This document shows positions 9,214-18,410 of a DNA stretch of 64,000 bases, one piece after another. The position numbers were made by a program, and so were the translations under genes. Source of the DNA: Myxococcota bacterium (lineage in GTDB: Bacteria > Myxococcota_A > UBA9160 > PR03); NCBI GenBank assembly GCA_041611735.1, contig JBFIML010000006.1:1-64000 (forward strand), in the 5' to 3' direction. The notes under the pieces were generated by a model that was not told the DNA's origin, did no database searches, and saw nothing but the letters and a program-made list of their open reading frames with translations. Every line of letters starts with the position of its first letter. Position 1 is the stretch's first letter.

Positions 9214-10275
9214 TCAGCGCAGGTTGTACCGCCCCGGGAGGAGCGGCAGGTCGAAGGGGCTCAGCAGGCCGGGAGGCGCCTGGCAGACCGCCGGGATGGC
9301 GTGGATGGCCCGCATCCCCGTGGCGAGACAGCCGCCCGAGTTGGGGTCGCCATCCTCGCCGCGAAAGGCCAGCTCCGCGGAGATCGAGGGGCTGCCCTCC
9401 ACCAGGATCCGGTACACGTCGCCCCGCTCACTGCGCGGCCAGTCCGGCGCCACACCCGGGTGCATGCGCGTCACGTGCTCCACCACGATGCGCGGCCGTC
9501 CGGCCACGATGCCCTGCAGCTCGAAACGCAGCCCGGCGGAGGTGCCCGCCGGAAGGGTGCCCACCTCCAGCTCCAGGGTGCGCTCCGCCGGCCGGCGCTC
9601 GTGCAACTCCCGGATCTCGTCGAGATCGACCCCCAGCCCGTCGGCCATCATGTGCACGACGCAGCCCCAGGCCAGGGTCAACGAGCCGGGCAGCAGCAGG
9701 AGCGGGCGGGCGTCCAGGGGTTGCCCGAAGCCCATGATCTCGAAGAGCGTCCGGGGATTCGGGTAGCTCGAGTAGTCGAGGATCTCCTGGACGCGCACCG
9801 TGTCCACCCGGCCGCACAGCCCGGTCAGCGTCATGGGGATCAGGTCGTTGCAGAAGCCCGGGTCGATGCCCGTGGTGAAGAAGGAGGTTCCGCCCTCCCG
9901 ACAGGCGTGCTCCAGGGGCGCCACGAAGGCGCGCGGCGCGCTCTTCGGATAGACGAGTGGGGTCACCGAAGAGGAGACCACGTTCTTGCCGCGGGCCAGG
10001 GCCCGGGCCATGTCCTGGATGGCATCGAGCGGGCGCAGGTCCGCGTTGGCGAAGTAGCCCACGGCGTCGGCCTCCAGGGCCAGGGCGGCGTCCACGTCGG
10101 TGGTGGCCCGGATGCCGACCGGCCCGAGGCCGGCCAGCTCGCCGGCATCGCGCCCGGCCTTGCCCGGATCGTGCACGATCACGCCCGCCAGCTCGAAGCC
10201 CGGCTGCTCGATCACCTGCTTGAGCACCATGCGGCCGACGAATCCGGTGCCCCACAGAATGATCCGGTGCTTCAC
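9214..10275 (-). CDS. DapB-like / 2,4-diaminopentanoate dehydrogenase-like NAD(P)-dependent oxidoreductase
   Basis: WGTGFVG, GRDAGELAG, TGIDPGF, NAIPAV-like HAIPAVCQAPPGL. Confidence 0.85.
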   Translation of the reverse strand: MKHRIILWGTGFVGRMVLKQVIEQPGFELAGVIVHDPGKAGRDAGELAGLGPVGIRATTDVDAALALEADAVGYFANADLRPLDAIQDMARALARGKNVVSSSVTPLVYPKSAPRAFVAPLEHACREGGTSFFTTGIDPGFCNDLIPMTLTGLCGRVDTVRVQEILDYSSYPNPRTLFEIMGFGQPLDARPLLLLPGSLTLAWGCVVHMMADGLGVDLDEIRELHERRPAERTLELEVGTLPAGTSAGLRFELQGIVAGRPRIVVEHVTRMHPGVAPDWPRSERGDVYRILVEGSPSISAELAFRGEDGDPNSGGCLATGMRAIHAIPAVCQAPPGLLSPFDLPLLPGRYNLR

Positions 10276-10294
10276 GATCGTCGTCCCGGCCGCT

Positions 10295-11848
10295 TCAGCC
10301 GGCCGCCGCGCGTTCGCCTTCCGCCGCGGCAGGCGGTCGGAGGGGTCGCTCCGCCGGCTGCCGCAGCGCCTTGCGGGTCTGCTGGTGGTAGCGGCGGAGG
10401 TCGGGCTTCCGGGTCCGCCACCAGTAGCGGATCGTGCTGCCCGACCAGTTGTTGGTGATGCGGCCGCCCTCGTTCTTGTACCAGCTCTTGCCCGTGGCGG
10501 CCCAGACGCTGCGGGCGAGCTCCTGCTGCAGCGTCTCGTTGTAGGCCTCCATCACGTCCTGCCGCAGGTCGATCCAGGCCAGGTCGCGGGCGACGAGCTG
10601 CCGGATGCAGTCCACGATGTAGTTGGCCTGACACTCAAGCATGAAGAGGATCGAGTTGTGGCCCAGATTGGTGTTGGGGCCGTACATCATGAAGAAGTTC
10701 GGGAAGCCGGCGACGCTGAGACCGAGGTAGGCGCGCGCTTCGTCCCGCCACTCCTGCTGGAGCGAGCGCCCGTCGAGTCCCTCGATCTCCATGGGTGCCA
10801 GGAACGAGGTGGACTGGAATCCCGTGGCGAGGATCACCGCGTCCACCGGGTAGCGGCCGCCGTCCCGGGTCACCACGGCGTCGGCCGCCAGGTGGTCGAT
10901 GCCACCGGTCACGAGCTCCACGTTGTCGCGCCCCAGGGCCGCGTAGTAGTCGTCGGAAATCAGGATGCGCTTGCCGCCGATGGGGTAGTCGGGCACGAGG
11001 AGGTCCTGCAGTACCGGATCCGGGACCTGTGCGCGCATGCTGCGCTCCGCGAGCCGCTGCACGCGGTTGCCGAGGAAGCGATTGCGCCGGAAGAGGGGAA
11101 AGCGCGCCTCGAACTGGAGCCAGATCCACGCCCGGTACAGACGGGCCAGTCCCGGGTGCCGGGTGAAGCGGCGCCTCTCCTCTTCGCTGTAGGCCCGGTC
11201 GAGCTTGGGAAGCATCCAGTTGGCGCTGCGCTGGAAGACCATGAGCCGTTCCACGCAAGGGGCGATCCGGGGGATGAACTGGATCGCGCTTGCCGCGTTG
11301 CCCACGACGGCGACCCGCTTGCCCGTCAGGTCGTATTCGTGGTCCCAGCGGGCGGAGTGGAACCACTTGCCCCGGAAGCGATCGAGGCCCGGCAGCTCGG
11401 GCACGAGGGGCCGGTTCAGCTGGCCCACGGCGGTGACCAGGACCTCGGCCGCGAGGGTCTCGCCGGTCCGGGTACGCAGGCGCCAGACGCCCTCGGCAGC
11501 ATCGAAACCGGCTTTCACGACCTCCGTGTCCAGGCGGATGTGGGGAAGCAGGCCGTGGCGCGCCGCGCAGTGGTCCAGGTACTGAAGGATCTCCGCCTGC
11601 GGGGCCCACTTGCGCGACCAGTCCGTCTTCTGGTCGAAGGAGAAGCAGTAGGCGAAGGAGGGCGAGTCGCAGGCCGCCCCGGGGTAGGTGTTGTCGCGCC
11701 AGGTGCCGCCCAGCCGGGACCCCTTCTCCAGCAGGGTGAAGGAACGGAGTCCGGCCTTCTGGAGCTGGATGCCCAGACACAGCCCCGAGAAGCCGGCCCC
11801 GATGATGGCCACGCGCGGCGCAGGGTCCTCGCGATCGAGTCCGATCAC
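10295..11848 (-). CDS. Baeyer-Villiger type flavin-containing monooxygenase
   Basis: IIGAGFSG, GGTWRDNTYPG, FRGKWFHSARW (FxGxxxHxxxW), VVGNAASA, DAVILATGF; GGAG SD before GTG 11848. Confidence 0.93.
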   Translation of the reverse strand: MIGLDREDPAPRVAIIGAGFSGLCLGIQLQKAGLRSFTLLEKGSRLGGTWRDNTYPGAACDSPSFAYCFSFDQKTDWSRKWAPQAEILQYLDHCAARHGLLPHIRLDTEVVKAGFDAAEGVWRLRTRTGETLAAEVLVTAVGQLNRPLVPELPGLDRFRGKWFHSARWDHEYDLTGKRVAVVGNAASAIQFIPRIAPCVERLMVFQRSANWMLPKLDRAYSEEERRRFTRHPGLARLYRAWIWLQFEARFPLFRRNRFLGNRVQRLAERSMRAQVPDPVLQDLLVPDYPIGGKRILISDDYYAALGRDNVELVTGGIDHLAADAVVTRDGGRYPVDAVILATGFQSTSFLAPMEIEGLDGRSLQQEWRDEARAYLGLSVAGFPNFFMMYGPNTNLGHNSILFMLECQANYIVDCIRQLVARDLAWIDLRQDVMEAYNETLQQELARSVWAATGKSWYKNEGGRITNNWSGSTIRYWWRTRKPDLRRYHQQTRKALRQPAERPLRPPAAAEGERAAAG

Positions 11849-11947
11849 CGCATCTCCGTCTGCAGTGGCCAGCCGAAGCGGCACGGCTCCCGGCGTCCTA
11901 CGGTACCACGCGTGACAGGGGGTGCGGCCGGCGGCACCCTGCACCGG

Positions 11948-13345
11948 GTGCGGCGGGAGATCGCGCGACTCGACGCCACGGCCCAGGCGGAGCTGGTGCG
12001 ACGGGGCGAGCTTCGGCCGGGGGAGCTGGTCGAGGCCGCCATCGAGCGCATCGAGCGCGTCGACGCGCGGCTCAACGCCGTGGTGATCCGACTGTTCGAG
12101 GAGGCCCGGGCGTGCGTCGCCGGGCAGCTTCCGCCGGCTCCCTTCCGGGGCGTGCCCTTCCTCATGAAGGACGTGGGAGCCCGCCAGGGGGACCAGCCGT
12201 ACTACGCCGGAAACCGCGCCCTCCGGGACGTGGGCTTCCGTGCCGCTTCCGACACGCCGCTGGGAGCGCGCTTCCGCGCCCTCGGGCTCGTGACCGTGGG
12301 CAAGTCGAACACCCCGGAGTTCGGGCTCCAGTCGACCACCCAGCCCCTGGCCTTCGGCCCGACGCGCAATCCCTGGGATCCAGCACGCTCGGCCGGCGGC
12401 TCGTCCGGGGGAGCCTGCGCCGCCGTCGCTGCTGGCCTCGTGCCCGTGGCCCATGCCAGCGATGGAGGGGGCTCGATCCGGATTCCCGCGGCCTGGTGCG
12501 GCCTGGTGGGTCTCAAGCCCAGCCGCGGACGCATCGTCGCGCGCCCGGGCCTCGGTCCGTCCGAGGTGGAGTTCGTGGTGGCACGATCGCTGCGCGACAC
12601 GGCTCGCTTCCTGGACCTGCTGGGGTCGGAGCGCGCAAGCGCGGGGCCGGAGGTCGGGTCCGCTCCGCCCCGAGCGTTGCGCGTGGGGTTCGTCACCGAG
12701 TCCCCCATGGGTTCCGTGCATCCCGCCTGCAAGGCAGCCGTTGCACGGACCGTCTCGGTCCTGGCGTCCCTGGGGCACGCGGTGGAGACCTCGTATCCCG
12801 CCGCCCTGTTCGAAGTGGAGGAGCGCTCCCTGCACGGTGCGCTGCTCGGTCCCGCCCACTATCGGGAGTGCCTGGCGGAGCTCGAGATGCTGCTGGGCCG
12901 CCCGGTGGGCCCGGAGGACGTGGAGCCCTACCTGTGGGAGCTCGCGCACCTGGGTGGCGAGGCGGCCGGGCGCGATGCGATCCGCAACGCCGAGCGCTTC
13001 CTCCGCGGCTGGGCGGCGCGGGTCGAATCCTGGTGGCGGGACCACGATCTACTGGTCACGCCGACGCTGCCGGAGCCCCCCTGTCCGCTCGAGACCCTGG
13101 ACCCGAGCCGGCTCGCGCCCCTCGCGCTCCTCGAACGCATGCTGCCCCACATGGCCTTCACGGAGCCCTTCAACGTCACCGGGCAGCCGGCCCTCTCCCT
13201 CCCGCTCTCCGAGACCGACGACGGCCTGCCCGTGGGCGTGCAGCTGGTGGCGGCGCGGGGCCGAGAGAACCTCCTGCTATGCGTGGCCGCCGGGCTCGAG
13301 GCGGCGATGCCCTGGGAGGGACGCCGTCCGACCCTCCACGCGTGA
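11948..13345 (+). CDS. Amidase (amidase signature family)
   Basis: GVPFLMKD, AGGSSGG, SDGGGSIRIPA, FNVTGQPALSLP, GLPVGVQL. Confidence 0.93.
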   Translation: MRREIARLDATAQAELVRRGELRPGELVEAAIERIERVDARLNAVVIRLFEEARACVAGQLPPAPFRGVPFLMKDVGARQGDQPYYAGNRALRDVGFRAASDTPLGARFRALGLVTVGKSNTPEFGLQSTTQPLAFGPTRNPWDPARSAGGSSGGACAAVAAGLVPVAHASDGGGSIRIPAAWCGLVGLKPSRGRIVARPGLGPSEVEFVVARSLRDTARFLDLLGSERASAGPEVGSAPPRALRVGFVTESPMGSVHPACKAAVARTVSVLASLGHAVETSYPAALFEVEERSLHGALLGPAHYRECLAELEMLLGRPVGPEDVEPYLWELAHLGGEAAGRDAIRNAERFLRGWAARVESWWRDHDLLVTPTLPEPPCPLETLDPSRLAPLALLERMLPHMAFTEPFNVTGQPALSLPLSETDDGLPVGVQLVAARGRENLLLCVAAGLEAAMPWEGRRPTLHA

Positions 13346-13355
13346 GCGCGTCCGC

Positions 13356-14531
13356 TCAGGATGACGACTTGCGCAGGGCCGCGAAGAGCCGGGCCACGGC
13401 GCGTTGTCCCTCGTCACTGCGCAGGATCGCATTCCAGTAGGCGAGCAGCGCCGGGGCGGAGAGCTCGCTTCGTGGCGCCAGGGGCGGGAAGCGCCGGGAC
13501 AGCTCGGCGAAGTAGGCGCGATCGTGGCGGGCGTACCAGTCTGCCAGCGTCGTGGCCTCCAGGGCGTGGCTGCCGGCCTCGTCGAAGGCCCAGAAGGAGT
13601 TCTGCGTCTCCGGCCGGATGTCCTGGTGGAGCCGCGTCCACGGGATCTCGCGGCACCGGAGGGCGTCGGTGGCGCAGTCGCAATCGCCCAGGTCCCGGAA
13701 GACCAGCGTGCCCGTGGGGCGCAGCTCCCGGTCGAGCTGGATCAGCACGTTCTGCGGATTGGGCGTCTCGTACCACAAGCCGTAGTGGGCCAGCAGGCGC
13801 GCCTTGGCCCGGCCCACGGCCGCGGCGTAGTGGCGTCCCCAGAAGCGCTCGAAGGGCTGCCCGTGGCGACGGGCGATCTGGCGGCCCACCCAGGGCAGGC
13901 TCAGGGCCGGGAGATAGTGATGGCCGTCCTGGAAGACGCGCAGGTCGCGCACCAGGAAGCCCGCTTCCTGATCGCGGACCAGCACCACGATCGCCTCGCG
14001 CACCAACGCCACCTCGGGCGGGGGTCCGATCTGTCGGTCGACGCGCTCGATCAGACGCACCACGTCGATGGCGCCGAGCGCCTCCTCCCGAAGCTTCGTC
14101 TTCTCGGGCTGGTGGAAGTCCGGGTGGGGATGGTCCGTGGCGAGCTTGAGGGAGAAGAGCGGCGCCGCCCCGTCCTCGACGACCAGGGTCCGGGAAGAAG
14201 TGAAACGGCAGCTCCAGCGATCCACCGCCGGCGCGTCGAAGTACGCGACGCTCGCATCCCGGTTCAAGGGGTGGCGGGCGAAGAGCACGCGACCGCCACG
14301 CAGGAAGCGTTGGGTGAGGGACGCCGGAGCGTCCAGCGCCAGGTGGATCTCCAGCTCGTCGCTGGCCACGCAGGCGACCTCGACCTCCACCGGCTGCGTG
14401 CTCACCCGAAAGCCGACCAGGTTGGCCTGCTGCTCCCAGAGCAGCCACTGGGCCACCGGGTCGCCCACGGCCTCGAGGGGCTCGTGGGTGGCGAGGGGGC
14501 GGACGTCCGGGACGGCGGAGCGGGAGGACAT
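13356..14531 (-). CDS. Hypothetical protein with IucA/IucC (NIS synthetase)-like motifs
   Basis: Ordered motifs FARHP, FTSSRTL, SLKL, FLVRD, YGLWYETPNPQNVLIQL, LVFRDLGD; GGAGAAG SD before ATG 14531. Confidence 0.6.
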   Translation of the reverse strand: MSSRSAVPDVRPLATHEPLEAVGDPVAQWLLWEQQANLVGFRVSTQPVEVEVACVASDELEIHLALDAPASLTQRFLRGGRVLFARHPLNRDASVAYFDAPAVDRWSCRFTSSRTLVVEDGAAPLFSLKLATDHPHPDFHQPEKTKLREEALGAIDVVRLIERVDRQIGPPPEVALVREAIVVLVRDQEAGFLVRDLRVFQDGHHYLPALSLPWVGRQIARRHGQPFERFWGRHYAAAVGRAKARLLAHYGLWYETPNPQNVLIQLDRELRPTGTLVFRDLGDCDCATDALRCREIPWTRLHQDIRPETQNSFWAFDEAGSHALEATTLADWYARHDRAYFAELSRRFPPLAPRSELSAPALLAYWNAILRSDEGQRAVARLFAALRKSSS

Positions 14532-14665
14532 GGCGGCAGCTTCTCCGGACGGGGATTGCGGCAGGAGCCGATTGGAAGTTGAGGGAGCGCCGGGCTGCGG
14601 TCCAGCAGGGCATGAAGGCGACTTCATCCCCGAGGGGAATGGGCCGTCGGGAGCCCGTGCCGACC

Positions 14666-15910
14666 CTACTCCGGGCGCTCCTCCAGGAGCTCCGTGCGCA
14701 GGGCGCCCTCGGAGTCGGCGGCCGGCTCCGCGGCGTGCAGCTCGGCGCCGTTGCCGTTCTCCTCGGCGCCCGGCGCGGCGGAGTCCTCCTCGCCCAGATG
14801 GAAAAGCGCAAAGCCGGGGATCACCACCTGGCCCACGGCCATGCCGATCACGCGGCCGCTGCGTGGGGAGCGGATCCGCGTCTTGCGGCTGGAGAACGGA
14901 TCGCTGATGTCCGCCAGGACGTCGCCGCGCTCCACGCTCTGGCCCAGGGCCACCGCCGGGACGTAGATGCCCGCCTCGTTGGCGCGCACCCAGGACGTCT
15001 TCGTGTAGTGACGCTGGCGGCGCTCGCGCGGCTCGGCCCGGGGCGCCATGCCGAGGGACTCGAGCAGGGTCTGGATGCCGCCTACGCCCCGCTCGATCTC
15101 CTCGGGATCGAAGCGCAGCGGCTCCCCGGCCTCGTACACCACGGCGGGCAGGCCTGCATCGCTGGCCGAGCGCCGCAGCGTGCCCGCCTGGCCGACGCTG
15201 TGGACGACGTGCTCCACGCCGAAGCCCCAGGCCAGCCGCAGGTTGGGCACCGCGCGCAGGTCCGCCCGGATCTGGGGCAGGTTGGTGCGGTTCAGGGAGC
15301 CCGTGTGCAGGTCCACCAGGGCGTGGCAATGGCGGACCAGCTGCTCGAAGAGGTGGCGGGCGATGCGGGAGGCCGCGCTGCCGCGTCGATTGCCGGGGAA
15401 GTAGCGATTCAGGTCGCGCCGGTCCGGCAGATAGCGCGAGCCGTTCCGGAAGCCATGGGTGTTCACGATCGGGATGATCACCAGGGAGCCGAGCAGCTGC
15501 TGCGGGTCGGTCTCGTCCACGAGGCGGCGCGCGATGGCCACGCCGTTGAGCTCGTCCCCGTGGATGCCGGCGGTCACGCACAAAGTGGGCCCCGGCCCGG
15601 CACCCCGCAGGGCCACCAGCCCGGCGGTGAAGCTGTCGTGGCTCTTGAGCTGGAGACCGCGCGCCTCGCCCGGCGCGATGCTCTCGCCCAGGATCTCGAG
15701 GGGCCCCCATTCCGGCGCCGCCGGGGCGGGATCCTCGATGGCTGCCGGGGGGGAGCTGGCGTCGCGGTCCTCGGCTGCCTCCGGCGCCAGCGGGGCCGGC
15801 TCGGTCGCCGCCCCTTCGCCCGCCACCAGGGCGGCCGCCAGGAAGAGGCAGGCCAGAAGCCGGAGCCCGTGGGCGCGCGTGACCAAGGGACAGAGCGTAA
15901 CGACCGGCAC
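14666..15910 (-). CDS. Succinylglutamate desuccinylase/aspartoacylase (M14) family protein with signal peptide
   Basis: AGIHGDELNG, RDLNRYFPG, VDLHTG, YEAGE, C-terminal biotinyl-like domain; hydrophobic N-terminus. Confidence 0.9.
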   Translation of the reverse strand: MPVVTLCPLVTRAHGLRLLACLFLAAALVAGEGAATEPAPLAPEAAEDRDASSPPAAIEDPAPAAPEWGPLEILGESIAPGEARGLQLKSHDSFTAGLVALRGAGPGPTLCVTAGIHGDELNGVAIARRLVDETDPQQLLGSLVIIPIVNTHGFRNGSRYLPDRRDLNRYFPGNRRGSAASRIARHLFEQLVRHCHALVDLHTGSLNRTNLPQIRADLRAVPNLRLAWGFGVEHVVHSVGQAGTLRRSASDAGLPAVVYEAGEPLRFDPEEIERGVGGIQTLLESLGMAPRAEPRERRQRHYTKTSWVRANEAGIYVPAVALGQSVERGDVLADISDPFSSRKTRIRSPRSGRVIGMAVGQVVIPGFALFHLGEEDSAAPGAEENGNGAELHAAEPAADSEGALRTELLEERPE

Positions 15911-15949
15911 CCGCGAACTCCTCCCCCGGGGGCCACCCCCCGCGATTCC

Positions 15950-18352
15950 CTACGGTTCGGCGGGGCCGGGCTGCCGATTGAGTTGGACCACCACGGCGGT
16001 GGGCACCCGGTCGCCCGGGGTGAGCTCGCGGGCCTCCCCCTCGATGCGGAAGCCGCCCTCCAGACCCACGTCTTCGGCCGAGGTGGCCACCCGCACCCGC
16101 ACCAGGCCCGGCTCGACCACCAGGCGCAGGAGCCGGTCGTAGCAGGCGAGCTGACTCGGATGGAGCACGAAGGTCACCCGCTTCGTCTCGCCGGGCGCGA
16201 GCGGCACGCGAGCGAAGCCGGCCAGCTGCTGGATCGGGCGCGTCACGCTCGCCACCGGGTCCTGGACGTAGAGCTGCACCACCTCGGTGCCGTCCCGCTC
16301 GCCGGTGTTGCGGATCCGGCACGTGATGCGCACCGGCTCGTCGGGCGCCACCGCCTCGGGGGTCACGTCGAGGGCCTCGTAGGCGAAGGTCGTGTAGCCG
16401 AGCCCGTGGCCGAAGGGGAACAGGGGCGTGGCCGGCAGGTCCACGTAGTCCGGGGAGAAGGGCCCCGCCGGCCCCGTCGCCGGCCACTTGCGGTAGTGGT
16501 AGAGGGGCACCTGACCCACGTGGCGGGGCAGCGTCACGGGCAGGCGCCCCGAGGGCGCCGCCTTCCCGAACAGCACGTCCGCGATGGCGCGCCCACCCTC
16601 CTCGCCGGGGATCCACGCCTCCAGCAGCGCCGGCACGTGGGCCGCGATCCAGGGCAGGGCCAGCACGCGCCCGTTCACGAGCACGACCACCGTCGGCGTC
16701 CCGGTGGCCACCACCTCCTCCACCAGCCGTTGCTGGAGGCCGGTGAGCCCGAGATCTGCGGCGTCGCGGAACTCGCCGCTCGTGCAGTCGGGCAGCAGTC
16801 CGCTCTTGCCGCCCACGCACACCACGGCCACGTCCGCGGCGCGCGCCGTCTCCACCGCCTCCTCGAGACCCGACGCGTCGTCGCCCTGGATCGCGCAGCC
16901 CCGGGCGTGACGCACCTGTGTCGCATGCGAGACCGCCTCCCGGATGCCGGCCAGCGGGGTCACCGTGGGCGGGTACCAGGGGCCCGGCGCGAAGCTCGCG
17001 TCGTCCGGGCGGGGCAGGACGGGGGCGGCTCCCTCGCGCCGCCCCTGCAGGATCTCCGTGTGGGCCGGGTAGTGGTAGTCGCCCTGCAGGAGCCGGACGT
17101 CGTCGGCGCAGGGGCCGACCAGGGCGATGCGCCCGATGCCCGGGTCGAGGGGCAGGAGCCCGCCCTCGTTTCGCAGCAGCACCAGGGACTGCCGGGCCAG
17201 CTCACGGGCCAGGGCGCGGGTCGCTGGGGTCTGGTAGGCGGCGCGGGCGATCGCCTCGTCCACGGTGGGGCGCTCGAACAGGCCGAGCTCGAGCTTGAGC
17301 CGCAGGATGCGCCGCACCGAGCGATCCACCATCGCCTCGGAGAGCTCGCCGCTGCGGACCTGGGGCGCGAGCTCGGCGTAGGCGTCGAGGGTCGGGAGCT
17401 CCACGTCGAGGCCGGCCTCCAGGGCCATGCGCGCCGCCTCGGCCTTGTCGCCCGCCACCCGGTGGCTCACCCGAAGCAGCTGCGTCGTGAAGTAGTCGGC
17501 CACCACCACGCCCTGGAAGCCGAGCTCGCCGCGCAGCAGGTCCTCCAGGATCTCCCGGGAGCCGCCACAGGGGAGGCCGTCCACCTCGTTGTAGGCGTTC
17601 ATGACCGAGGCGAGGCCCGCCTCCCGGATCGCACAGGCGAAGGGCCAGGCGAAGACCTCGCGTAGCTCGCGGGGTCCCAGGTGGACGGGCTTGTGGTTGT
17701 GACCGCCCTCCGAGAGGCCGTAGCCCAGGAAGTGCTTGCCCGTGGCCGCCACGCCGTCGGCGAGTCGCTCGCCCTGGATGCCGCGCACGTAGGCGACGCC
17801 GAGCCGACCCGCGAGATGGGGATCCTCGCCGTACGTCTCCTCGACCCGGCCCCAGCGCGGATCGCGCGCCACGTCGAGGACCGGCGCCAGGGTCTGGCGC
17901 GCGCCCACGGCCCGCATCTGGGTCCGGATCACGCGGGCCATGGCCTCGACGGCCTCGGGGTTCCAGGTGGCGGCCAGCCCGATCGCCTGCGGGAACTGGT
18001 CGGCGTCGCGGGCCATGAAGCCCGCGGTGCTCTCCTCGTGGACGATGGCGGGAATCCCGAGCCGCGTCTCCTCGACCAGGTAGCGCTGGATGCGGTTGGC
18101 GAAGGCCGCGTTCTCCGCGGGCCGCAGGCCGCTGGTGGATGCGATCCGCGACACGTGTCCGATGCCGTGCCGGAGCTTCTCGGCCGCCTGCTCCCGGGAA
18201 AAGCCCTGGGCATCCGCCAGGCAGGTGGACCACACGCCGCCGAGCTGGGCGAGCTTCTCCTCGAGGGTCATGCGCGAGAGGAGGTCCTCCGCGCGCTGGG
18301 ACACGGGGAGGCTCGGATCCCGGTGCGGAGCACGACGCAGCGCTTCGTCCAC
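15950..18352 (-). CDS. Glycoside hydrolase family 3 beta-glucosidase/xylosidase
   Basis: MTLEEK, RDPRWGRVEETYGEDP, KHF, FQGVVVADY nucleophile, FPFGHGLGYTTF, EVVQLY. Confidence 0.95.
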   Translation of the reverse strand: MDEALRRAPHRDPSLPVSQRAEDLLSRMTLEEKLAQLGGVWSTCLADAQGFSREQAAEKLRHGIGHVSRIASTSGLRPAENAAFANRIQRYLVEETRLGIPAIVHEESTAGFMARDADQFPQAIGLAATWNPEAVEAMARVIRTQMRAVGARQTLAPVLDVARDPRWGRVEETYGEDPHLAGRLGVAYVRGIQGERLADGVAATGKHFLGYGLSEGGHNHKPVHLGPRELREVFAWPFACAIREAGLASVMNAYNEVDGLPCGGSREILEDLLRGELGFQGVVVADYFTTQLLRVSHRVAGDKAEAARMALEAGLDVELPTLDAYAELAPQVRSGELSEAMVDRSVRRILRLKLELGLFERPTVDEAIARAAYQTPATRALARELARQSLVLLRNEGGLLPLDPGIGRIALVGPCADDVRLLQGDYHYPAHTEILQGRREGAAPVLPRPDDASFAPGPWYPPTVTPLAGIREAVSHATQVRHARGCAIQGDDASGLEEAVETARAADVAVVCVGGKSGLLPDCTSGEFRDAADLGLTGLQQRLVEEVVATGTPTVVVLVNGRVLALPWIAAHVPALLEAWIPGEEGGRAIADVLFGKAAPSGRLPVTLPRHVGQVPLYHYRKWPATGPAGPFSPDYVDLPATPLFPFGHGLGYTTFAYEALDVTPEAVAPDEPVRITCRIRNTGERDGTEVVQLYVQDPVASVTRPIQQLAGFARVPLAPGETKRVTFVLHPSQLACYDRLLRLVVEPGLVRVRVATSAEDVGLEGGFRIEGEARELTPGDRVPTAVVVQLNRQPGPAEP

Positions 18353-18410
18353 GCAGCAATCATCGCAGCCCCGGCGGCGAGCCGGTACTCTCCCGCCACC
18401 GAGGAGTGCC

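Noticed and set aside
10100..13345. 1081-aa and 916-aa ORFs implying giant amidase or BVMO fusions
   Set aside because: The extensions are antisense shadows of the neighbouring real gene in stop-poor high-GC DNA; real starts are near 11948 and 11848.
14570..14632. Minus-strand GGGGATGAAGTCGCC...ACTTC leader of the NIS-like gene, resembling a fluoride riboswitch
   Set aside because: P1 has a G-G mismatch and the conserved GCUGAUG/GCUAAUG element is missing; only a simple ATGAAG/CTTCAT hairpin is supported. An Infernal search with the fluoride riboswitch model would settle it.
13356..17665. 1154-aa and 1028-aa ORFs
   Set aside because: Arg/Pro/Gly-rich off-frame or antisense shadows of the GH3 and M14 genes; only the last 391 aa of the 1154-aa ORF look like a real protein.
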